From positions 1-6,959 of the forward strand of contig NW_021829047.1 in assembly GCF_006345805.1 (NCBI RefSeq): DNA of 6,959 nt. The letters run 5' to 3'. The DNA is from Octopus sinensis (Eukaryota). The notes under the pieces are model-generated. The model was not told where the DNA came from. It made no database searches and was given only the letters and a program-made list of their open reading frames with translations. The stretch's first letter is position 1. Each line of letters begins with the position of its first letter. Position numbers and translations under genes: made by a program. Positions 1-6,848 of the stretch are shown here, piece after piece.

Positions 1-6
1 TCAACC

Positions 7-85
7 GTATATATACATATATATATATATATATATTATATTTATATATACGTATCCTATATATATGTATATATCTTATATATAA

Positions 86-116
<31 letters not shown>

Positions 117-540
117 CTATATATCTATATATAATATTATATATACGTATATATATATGTATATATATATATATAATTATAATATATATATATTATAGAT
201 ATATATAATATATATAAAGATCAAAGAACAACAAGAGATATTCATGACAAGCTTTTGTTCATTTTCCCTTTAAATGTTAAATTTATATTTGTGTGCGCGC
301 GCGTGCATGTGTATACGTGTGTGTATGTGTTCGTGCGTATGTCTGTGTATGTATGTGTGTGTATATATATATATGTATGTATGTATATATATATGTATAT
401 ATATATATGTATCTGTATATATATATGCACATGCGTATACATATATATGCATACATATATATATATAATAATATATATATGTACATATACATACACACTC
501 ATATACACACTCTCTCACACACACACACTTAGATATATAT
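7..540. repeat. Compound dinucleotide microsatellite field: (TA)n, then (TG)n/(TATG)n, (TA)n and (CA)n
   Basis: Directly visible. The overlapping ORFs at 242-614 are Y/I/C/V/H/T alternations typical of translated dinucleotide repeats. Confidence 0.95.
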
Positions 541-595
541 ACCCAGTCTCATTTTTGTGTGTGTGTGAATATATCTGCATCACTCAAAAACAAAG

Positions 596-812
596 ATTAC
601 GAGAAAAAAAATAAACCAAAAAAAAAAAAAAAAATCAAAAACAATTCATTTTTTCTTTCTTTTTTGTTGCGGGGTGTGGAGGGGGTCCAAGACGAAGAAA
701 CTAGCAAAAGAACCAGAAACCCAACAAAATACAACATAACCAAACAAACAACAACATAAATAAGTGAAGAAGAAAAAAAGGAGCTGAAGACAAAAAAAAA
801 CGAAAAAAAACC
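596..812. repeat. A-rich low-complexity region with poly-A tracts and (CAA)/(CAAA)-like runs
   Basis: Several long A runs (e.g. 602-611, ~618-633, 792-800, 803-810) with interspersed ACAA/CAAC units. Confidence 0.8.
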
Positions 813-1022
813 CCAAAGAAAACATAGCAAAATGGTGGATTCCGTTTTAACTCTTCTGTTACAATTAATTCCTGCTGTTCCAGAGCCGTTTCCAGTATAT
901 TACCATTTACTACCAGTTTACCATTTCTTATGCCTATCTTTTTATCCCTCGAAATCTCTTTTCCAGTTGCTTTAACATCCCTCTGTCATATAATCTTTTT
1001 GAATTTTTTTTTTGTATGTGTT

Positions 1023-1059
1023 GCTGCTGCTGCTGCTGCTGCTTGTTGTTTGTTGGTTG

Positions 1060-1090
<31 letters not shown>

Positions 1091-1124
1091 ATAACTGTTG
1101 TTGTGCTTGTAGTAGTAGTTTGTT
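1023..1124. repeat. Compound trinucleotide microsatellite (GCT)7 ... (GTT)10 ... short (GTA)n
   Basis: (GCT)7 at 1023-1043 and (GTT)10 at 1061-1090, counted directly; gtagtagtag near 1108-1117. Confidence 0.9.
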
Positions 1125-1165
1125 GTCTTTTTCGTTTTGTGGAGGTTACATTTTGGAAGATATGT

Positions 1166-1408
1166 AGATATTATATATAAAATATTATTGGTGAATTGAG
1201 AAATATTAGTATATATATATGAATTGAAGAAATATATATATATTATATATTATAGTATAATATATTATAATGTTGTGTGTGTGTGTTGTGTATGTGTGTG
1301 TGTATGTATTAGATAATTGGATGTATGTATGTATGTATATATGTATGTATATGTATATATGTATTATGTATGTTATATGTATATATATATATCTGTTTTG
1401 TATGTATG

Positions 1409-1440
<32 letters not shown>

Positions 1441-1618
1441 TGTATGTATATATATATATATATCTATGTAATATATATATGTATATATATATATGTTATA
1501 TATATATGTATTAATATATATGTATATAATATTATGTATATATGTGTATATATATATGTTGTATATATGTTATATATATATATTATGTATTTATGTATAT
1601 GCGTGTTGTGTATGTATA
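1166..1618. repeat. Degenerate (TA)n/(TATG)n/(TG)n microsatellite field
   Basis: Directly visible. ORFs 1270-1692 and 1317-1514 are repeat translations. Confidence 0.9.
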
Positions 1619-1634
1619 AGTTAAATAGGTCCAG

Positions 1635-1846
1635 GCTTGCTTCTCAACCTCGTGGTTTCGGGTTCAGTCCCACTGCAGAGCACCTTGGGTAGGTGTCTTC
1701 TACTGTAGCCCTAGGCCAAAAAAAGTCTTATGAGTGGATTTGGTAAACGGAACCAAACCCACTGTGTGTGTGTGTGTGTGTGTTGTGGGTGTGTCTGTGT
1801 GCGTGCCTGTGTTTGTCCCACACAAGCGCTTGGCGGCCGAGTGTGG
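1635..1846 (+). mobile_element. tRNA-derived CORE-type SINE resembling octopus OR-family SINEs; A-box end and 3' tail missing
   Basis: B-box-like GGTTCAGTCCC at 1661-1671, then CORE-like CACCTTGGGTAGGTGTCTTC (1681-1700), GTGGATTTGGTAAACGGAA, an internal (TG)n tract and GTTTGTCCC...CGCTTG. The family assignment is from recollection of octopus SINEs, not a database hit. Confidence 0.75.
1764..1815. repeat. (TG)n microsatellite inside the SINE
   Basis: Directly visible. Confidence 0.85.
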
Positions 1847-2258
1847 GACCCTTCTGGCGACATTGTCATGCCTTCTCTTGTATTCTCACCTGGTCAATTT
1901 ACAGCATTCACTTAGAATGTGCCACACTGTCTCTCCAGTTTCACCACACATTCATCATTTATCTGATTCTGTTCACTGGTCAATTTTGTCTCAGATGATA
2001 TTTGTTCTCAATGATTGTCCCCCTGTTACGCATATCAAGGTTTCTGTTTGTAGTCGCTATTTTGTGAGTGCATCCATCTTTTATCCACCTCTGCGTCCTT
2101 TGATATCTCTCTCGAGAACGAACCGTCCATCTTCTTTATTCTTCCAGTTGTTTCTTCTCATCCTTTCTGTCTTTCTTTTGTAGTTAATCTTGTCCTGGGT
2201 GCTTTCCGTATATTTTACAGCTTCCTGCTGGCAGAATCGATACCGCGTCGTCGGACTA
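1846..2258 (-). mobile_element. Decayed fragment of an R4/Dong-like (restriction-like endonuclease class) non-LTR retrotransposon ORF, covering the post-RT CCHC zinc-knuckle region
   Basis: Manual minus-strand translation across frameshifts gives ...KINYKRKTERMRRNNWKNKE...RDI/KDAEVDKRWM... then TESDK**MCGETGETVWHILSECCKLTR*EYKRRHDNVARRV. This fits the C-x2-C-x8-H-x4-C knuckle and downstream Y-x-x-RHD motif of RLE-type elements. Stops at 1955-1957 (first Cys position), 1952-1954 and 1886-1888. Confidence 0.8.
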
Positions 2259-2431
2259 AATAGATAGATAAATAGACAGGTAGACAGACAGACAGATAGG
2301 TAGAGAGGGAGAGAAAAGATAGATAGACAGACAGACAGGTAGGTAGAGAGAGAGAAAAAAAAGATAGATAGACAGACAGACAGATAGAGAGAGAGAGAGA
2401 AAAGATAGATAGACAGACAGATAGGTAGAGG

Positions 2432-2505
<74 letters not shown>
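2259..2505. repeat. Compound (GATA)n/(GACA)n/(GA)n microsatellite ending in a pure (GATA)18
   Basis: Pure (GATA)18 at 2434-2505. The upstream part is built from ~42-nt higher-order units. Confidence 0.95.
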
Positions 2506-2511
2506 TGTTTC

Positions 2512-2517
2512 TTTATT
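2512..2517 (-). promoter_or_regulatory. Polyadenylation signal AATAAA at the 3' end of the Tx1-like element
   Basis: TTTATT on +; the minus strand reads CCAATAAAGAAAC followed by A(TATC)n. Confidence 0.6.
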
Positions 2518-2871
2518 GGCCACACAGGGCTGAACACAAAGGGAACAAAAATACAAAAGAGAGCTTTTCTTTTGGTGAAGAGAAGAGAAGAAAAAAGGGG
2601 AGGTAGAATTTCGATCAAAAGGGATCGTGTAAAGAAGAGGGAAAAAAAGAAAAAAAAAGGTGGGGGTAGAATTTTGATCAAAAGGGATCGTGGAAAGAAG
2701 GATGAAAAAAGCCGATCAATAGGGATCGTGTATCACAGAAATATCATAATGTAAAAGGGAAAACAGATTAGGTTTATCCGTGGAAAGAAAAGACCACGGT
2801 AACCTCGGGCAATAATGTCATGCAAAAAATACATTACAGTAAGTGACTCTTTTTTCTTTTCTTTTTCTGGT

Positions 2872-3554
2872 TCATAGGATTATGCCCAAGGTGGCTTCGT
2901 CATTCACACGTGCCATCCTTGCTATATTCACCCAGATTTTTTTGAAACATTCACTAGATAAAACTTCCCTCTCTACTCTCACCTTCCTCTTCAAGTGATA
3001 CATGAAGAAGTTGATGAGAGATTGACCAGAGAGGAAAATGTTTGTCTCTAGACCTTTCAAATGCGTCCACCATACGCATTCTTTCGTCATAGCCACAAGT
3101 ACGATGAAAATGGCTCTTCCTTTCCGTTTCAAGGAAGGAGGCGCGACTATTTCCACGACAGACTCGGTTGAGAAACTGACTCGTCCCACACGCGATAGTA
3201 ATCATTCGACATAGGCCCACGGGTCGGAAATGGTTGGACCTGTACGAGTGCGTGCAGAACGGTTTCGTCGCTCTGACCGCATCTCGGGCAGGTCGGCTCC
3301 GTGTTTCTCGATCCATGCCTGTAGAGCTTATCCCGAACGGGTAGCGCTTCTCGATAGCACTGCAAGACCAGGGATCTCTGGAAGTTGTCCGTAGGTCCCG
3401 GCCCGAACGTCGTCTTGAACAGGCGGGTCAGGTATTCCTCGTCGACGCCCAGGTTCGCTCCGAGATCGTCGCCGTACCTCCCTTCCACTAATCCCTTATA
3501 GAATGCTTTGGTGGTGTTGAAGTCGCCTAAGGTCGACCCGGGGCGGCATAGTTG
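2872..3554 (-). pseudogene. Disrupted C-terminal ~225 codons of Tx1-like ORF2p, including the zinc-knuckle region
   Basis: ORFs 3147-3659 and 2872-3189 join into one reading frame if one base is restored between 3240 and 3239 (CAG-[T]GT-CCA = Q-C-P). One in-frame TGA remains at 3202-3204. Confidence 0.8.
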
Positions 3555-3945
3555 TAAAAAAAACCCATTTCTTTCTCGATTTTTATATAGGGGAGGGGGG
3601 GAGAACAAAAGCTGGAAATCTTCGTTAATAGCTGGGAATATTGCTGTAGTGAAGTACATTTCTGGTTAACACTATAAATAAAAGGAATTATATTTGTATT
3701 CGAAGTAAGAATTATTTGATAAGTTTGAAGAGGAAGAGTTAGTAACTAGGTGATGGAACATAGCGAAAGGAGAAAAAAGAGGGGAAAGTAAACAAATAAA
3801 TACATTAAATTGAATTTAGAGGAGACAGAAGGTCAACAGACGATCTCGAGTAATAAAGATGATTGAGAGGATATCGTTTCTATTGAAATAATCTCAGCAA
3901 AAAGAGACTCTGAAGAAAAGGTATTTTAATGTATTCGATATTTGG

Positions 3946-4043
3946 GAGAGAGAGATAGACATATTGAGAGAAGAGGGAGAGAGAGACAAAAACAGAGACA
4001 GACAGATACATAAATAGATAGATGGAAAGACAAATAGATAGAT

Positions 4044-4103
<60 letters not shown>

Positions 4104-4108
4104 GTAGA
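3946..4108. repeat. Compound (GA)n/(GACA)n/(GATA)n microsatellite with a pure (GATA)14
   Basis: (GATA)14 at 4047-4102, counted directly. Confidence 0.95.
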
Positions 4109-4217
4109 CAATACGTCCGCTCTCCATTTGCTGATAGGGTGCAGCAATTGAAAGCACTCAATTCGATTAAGTTATGTTTTTATATACAGTGACGTTAAGT
4201 TACTGTGCAGAAACAGC

Positions 4218-4220
<3 letters not shown>

Positions 4221-4261
<41 letters not shown>

Positions 4262-4280
4262 CACGCGCACACACAAACAC
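4221..4280. repeat. (ACAT)9 followed by a short (AC)n
   Basis: (ACAT)9 at 4221-4256. Confidence 0.9.
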
Positions 4281-4282
4281 AT

Positions 4283-4430
4283 TATTTGACTATGGCTTAG
4301 GCGGTACAACGCCTCTAAGGGGTTTAGTCGATCATATCGATTTATTTTTGTCTGGTACTTATTTTTTTATCGATCTATATTTATCGATTGGCTCATATTG
4401 CCGTTTATTTTTATACCTGTAAACATAAAA
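4283..4430 (-). mobile_element. Highly diverged 3' portion of a SINE, probably related to the 1635-1846 family
   Basis: TATTTGACT...GG...ACAACGCCT.TAAGGGGTTTAGTCGATCATATCGA...CTGGTACTTATT...TATCGATCT resembles the reverse complement of the 3' tail of octopus SINEs as I recall it. Not verified by alignment. Confidence 0.5.
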
Positions 4431-4500
4431 TAGAGATAAGAACGTTGACCACAGGCATACACATAGACAACCACGCATACGTACACATGCATACATACAT

Positions 4501-4722
4501 ATATCACGTGATCGAGCAGACTATCAGATGTTACACATCGCAGGTCACAATGTACTTCGCATAGTTTTCGCCTTGCAATAACGCCCACCCTGCTGGCTGG
4601 GCAAGCAGCGTCACCCCCACCATCTGATCGAAAAGGATACTGGTGCAACGTAAAATGAAATGTTTGGCTCAAGAACACAACGCGCCAAGCGGTCTGGAAA
4701 CTGAACCTACGATCCAGCAATC
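4501..4722 (-). mobile_element. tRNA-derived SINE with a CORE-like domain; 5' A-box part missing, 3' end present
   Basis: Minus strand: B-box-like GGTTCAGTTTCC (4707-4696), then CGCGTTGTGTTCTTGAGCCAAACATTTCATTTT (CORE-like), then a 3' tail CATTGTGACCTGCGATGTGTAACATCTGATAGTCTG...ATCACGTGAT running into (TATG)n. Confidence 0.7.
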
Positions 4723-5095
4723 GGGACAATGTTAAACAGGGCAGGGCCTGTTGAGGAAAAGAAATTATGTCGCAGTGTACCTATATGCTGTGATCCTGAA
4801 TTGGGCAGGGGACGTATGACCCGTGGTCCCAGACTTAGATGTACTTTGAAACTGATGTTCAGGTCGTTTGGGCAATGCTGGTGGTATATTCTCCACATCG
4901 TACAAATGATGTACCGCTCGCGGAGGCGCTGGAGTGAGTAGAGTTTCAAGGCTTTAAGGCGGTCCCAATAATCGAGATCAGTCATGCCTTCAATTCGTTT
5001 AGTGAGTGCCTTCTGGGATGATTCAACCCTCGAGATGTTTTGTTTTGTATGGGGAGACCACAGAGAGCAGCAGTATTCGAGGTGTGCCCTTTCAA
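4723..5095 (-). mobile_element. CR1-group (CR1/L2-like) LINE ORF2 fragment from the post-RT C-terminal region, truncated at both ends
   Basis: One open frame that extends upstream of ORF 4707-4985: RAHLEYCCSLWSPHTKQNISRVESSQKALTKRIEGMTDLDYWDRLKALKLYSLQRLRERYIICTMWRIY...HNFFSSTGPALFNIVP. It carries the (P)HLEYC...WSP, E..Q...T+.I, Y..RL..L.L.SL..RR.R and GP.LFN motifs of CR1-group ORF2. Confidence 0.85.
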
Positions 5096-5109
5096 AAATA
5101 CAAACACAC

Positions 5110-5473
5110 TGTACCTTTTGTTAACTGTTTCTTATATGTATTAACCCTCCTAACCACTTAGACCCTCTGAAGAAGGCTAGAGGCATATTCATCATCCCAA
5201 CTTTATCTGCCCATCCCTCCAGAGATGGAGATGGTATGGAGGATTTCGTTGCCTCTTGGCAGAAACGGCCGTAAGGAACTAGAACCTACTGACAATCTGA
5301 TCTTTTGCCCTTTTCTGTAATATTAGTACATGTGTATGTAACACATAGTTATTACATGTGTATGAATTCTTCTAATACTTTCTAATACCTTTGAATAAAC
5401 AGACACACTGGAATGTCTACCGCCTGATGTATGTGTTTTTACTTTTACATCCTCTCCGTTTTCTTATTTGCCG
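5110..5473 (+). mobile_element. Possible Penelope-like element pseudo-LTR or retrozyme remnant carrying the hammerhead
   Basis: Hammerhead motif followed by AATAAA at 5394-5399 and then a (TA)n tract. Boundaries are inferred; no PLE coding sequence is seen. Confidence 0.35.
5164..5276 (+). ncRNA. Minimal type I hammerhead ribozyme motif of Penelope-like-element style, probably decayed
   Basis: Helix I CCT(5164-5166)/AGG(5274-5276); core CTGAAGA (5167-5173); helix II GCTAGAGGCA(5176-5185)/TGCCTCTTGGC(5250-5260); GAAAC (5262-5266); palindromic helix III loop GGCC (5267-5270); cleavage triplet GTA (5271-5273). The closing pair G5175/A5261 is mismatched. Confidence 0.65.
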
Positions 5474-5484
5474 TATATATATAT

Positions 5485-5529
<45 letters not shown>

Positions 5530-5542
5530 ATATATATTATAT
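5474..5542. repeat. (TA)n microsatellite, slightly interrupted
   Basis: Directly visible. Confidence 0.95.
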
Positions 5543-5835
5543 AATCTCTCTTACCCACACAATAGCAATAATAACGACACCCAATTACCTCCCTCCCTTT
5601 ATTTATCTACTTGTGAAGTCATTCACTCGTGAATTTCATCACACACAACATGGACCAAATTTCTTCTTAAGAAAAAATATATATTCAAATAAGTAAAACA
5701 TAATATCATGAATAGCGATAGCGAAACCGGTCGATATATTAAAAGTGTGTAAGTGTGCGTATTTTCCTTTTTTAATTTCTTATATACATTACAACTCACC
5801 ACGTGGGGATAATCGAAATCCCTCTTTTCTGTTAC

Positions 5836-5838
<3 letters not shown>

Positions 5839-5872
<34 letters not shown>
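5839..5872. repeat. (TA)17 microsatellite
   Basis: Counted directly. Confidence 0.95.
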
Positions 5873-5875
<3 letters not shown>

Positions 5876-5934
5876 CGTTTTTGGATTTGGTTTGCAAGAT
5901 TCTTTATATGAGTTCGTGTATGAAGCATATTCTG

Positions 5935-6154
5935 TTGTGTCTGGGGAAAGTCATTTTATTTTTCTGCCTTATAATGTAATACACTCACCGATAAAATTAC
6001 CACTTATTTCTTATTTTTATTGATTCTCAAAACTATTGAAAGGTGCAAGACGCAACGAAATTTTAGGAAATAAAAATAAGAAATAAGTGGAAATTTTACC
6101 GGTGATGTGTGTTACATATAAGGCACAAAAAGAAAGTACTCTCCCCAGACACAA
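5935..6154. repeat. Long imperfect inverted repeat: arms 5935-6021 and 6069-6154, spacer 47 nt
   Basis: The inner 22 bp are perfect (CCACTTATTTCTTATTTTTATT at 6000-6021 / AATAAAAATAAGAAATAAGTGG at 6069-6090). The outer parts match with scattered substitutions (TTGTGTCTGGGG, TGCCTTATA, TCACCG.TAAAATT). Confidence 0.9.
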
Positions 6155-6156
6155 TA

Positions 6157-6169
6157 ATATATATATATA

Positions 6170-6206
<37 letters not shown>
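6157..6206. repeat. (TA)n microsatellite with one C interruption
   Basis: Directly visible. Confidence 0.95.
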
Positions 6207-6209
<3 letters not shown>

Positions 6210-6502
6210 ACTGGTACTTATTTTCCAATTGAAGAAGGCTTGTTTGTTAATTGGCAGAATAAGTTAAGATAAAATATCTGCAGTGTTTAGGCGCGTATTT
6301 TCACGTTGTGTACTCAAATCCTTTTAAGGTAGCCATTTTCCTTTTGTCGTGGAGTGATTTATAAATGAAGTGTCGACAATAATGTCCCGAGTTTGGCATT
6401 AAATCAAAACAATATCTCTAGCACAGTTGGCTCATATGACCACTGAGGTTCCAAATAAGATTTTGTTGTTAAAAATTATCTCTATATATATAAACGGCAA
6501 AA

Positions 6503-6530
<28 letters not shown>
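6503..6530. repeat. (TG)14 microsatellite inside the Helitron
   Basis: Counted directly. Confidence 0.95.
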
Positions 6531-6533
<3 letters not shown>

Positions 6534-6817
6534 TTTATACAAATCCACAATTTTTCAGTTAGAGGGCTCGCACTTTCTATGGTCATTCAAAACCGTCCAA
6601 GAGTGCTCGTGCACATCTTTACATTTCCCCAGTCACCCCGCAAAGCCATTAAAAAATCAATAGAAGTGACTTTTTTGTGATTTTTCTATCCAAAAGCCAA
6701 TCAAAATGCCCGAAACTTGATATGCCAATTGAATGCCAGCTAGCTGTATGTGATTGGTCGGATATTTAGACAGTACTCGCGTGTATGTGCGCACGCAGCT
6801 GTATATGCATGCACTAA

Positions 6818-6848
6818 CACTATGACCCGGCGTTGCCGGGTCATAGTG
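6818..6848. other. Perfect 14-bp hairpin with a 3-nt loop (Helitron 3' terminal palindrome)
   Basis: CACTATGACCCGGC-GTT-GCCGGGTCATAGTG. After one mismatch, ACTA(6813-6816)/TAGT(6850-6853) also pair. Confidence 0.9.

Larger units (their letters stand above)
2506..3554 (-). mobile_element. 5'-truncated Tx1/L1-clade non-LTR retrotransposon: ORF2 C-terminus, ~365-nt 3' UTR and 3' end
   Basis: Minus-strand peptide ...TTKAFYKGLVEGRY...DNFQRSLVLQCYREALPVRDKLYRHG...PTCPRCGQSDETVLHALVQ/(C)PTISDPWAYVE*LLSRVG...KECVWWTHLKG...FFMYHLKRKVRVERE...FKKIWVN... matches the zf-RVT/CCHC tail of L1/Tx1 ORF2. Stop at 2872-2874, AATAAA at 2512-2517 (-). The GC-rich coding-like sequence ends abruptly at ~3554 against an A8 tract. 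Confidence 0.85.

Noticed and set aside
1023-1124. Possible polyQ/polyN/polyT coding exon on the minus strand
   Set aside because: The repeat phase shifts repeatedly, there is no flanking protein-like sequence, and I see no convincing splice sites.
1661-1671. tRNA gene suggested by a B-box (also 4696-4707)
   Set aside because: No cloverleaf or A-box; these are SINE heads.
242-1692. Numerous ORFs of 60-140 aa
   Set aside because: They are translations of (TA)/(TG)/(CA) and poly-A tracts with no protein-like composition.
1734-2183. 149-aa plus-strand ORF (also ORFs 4729-4941 and 2954-3316)
   Set aside because: These are antisense or alternative-frame shadows of SINE/LINE fragments; the recognisable motifs are in other frames.
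3555-3659. N-terminal part of ORF 3147-3659 (MYFTTAIF...) as a real start
   Set aside because: It lies beyond the 5' truncation point in AT-rich flank, so it is fortuitous read-in to the LINE frame.
3672-3682. TATAAA/AATAAA as a promoter or poly(A) site
   Set aside because: Expected by chance in very AT-rich DNA, with no associated gene.
3910-3945. CTGAAGA hammerhead core-like heptamer
   Set aside because: No helix II pairing and no GAAA-helix III-NUH downstream.
1847-4450. Inversion splitting one SINE into a + 5' half (1635-1846) and a - 3' half (4283-4430)
   Set aside because: The orientation fits, but the second piece looks far more diverged and seems to have its own middle repeat region. 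Two independent copies is simpler.
4503-4512. ATCACGTGAT palindrome (E-box)
   Set aside because: It is part of the SINE 3' end, with no independent evidence of regulatory function.
5141-5166. Telomere-like TAACCC/TAACC units upstream of the hammerhead
   Set aside because: Only two or three imperfect, non-contiguous units, which is within chance.
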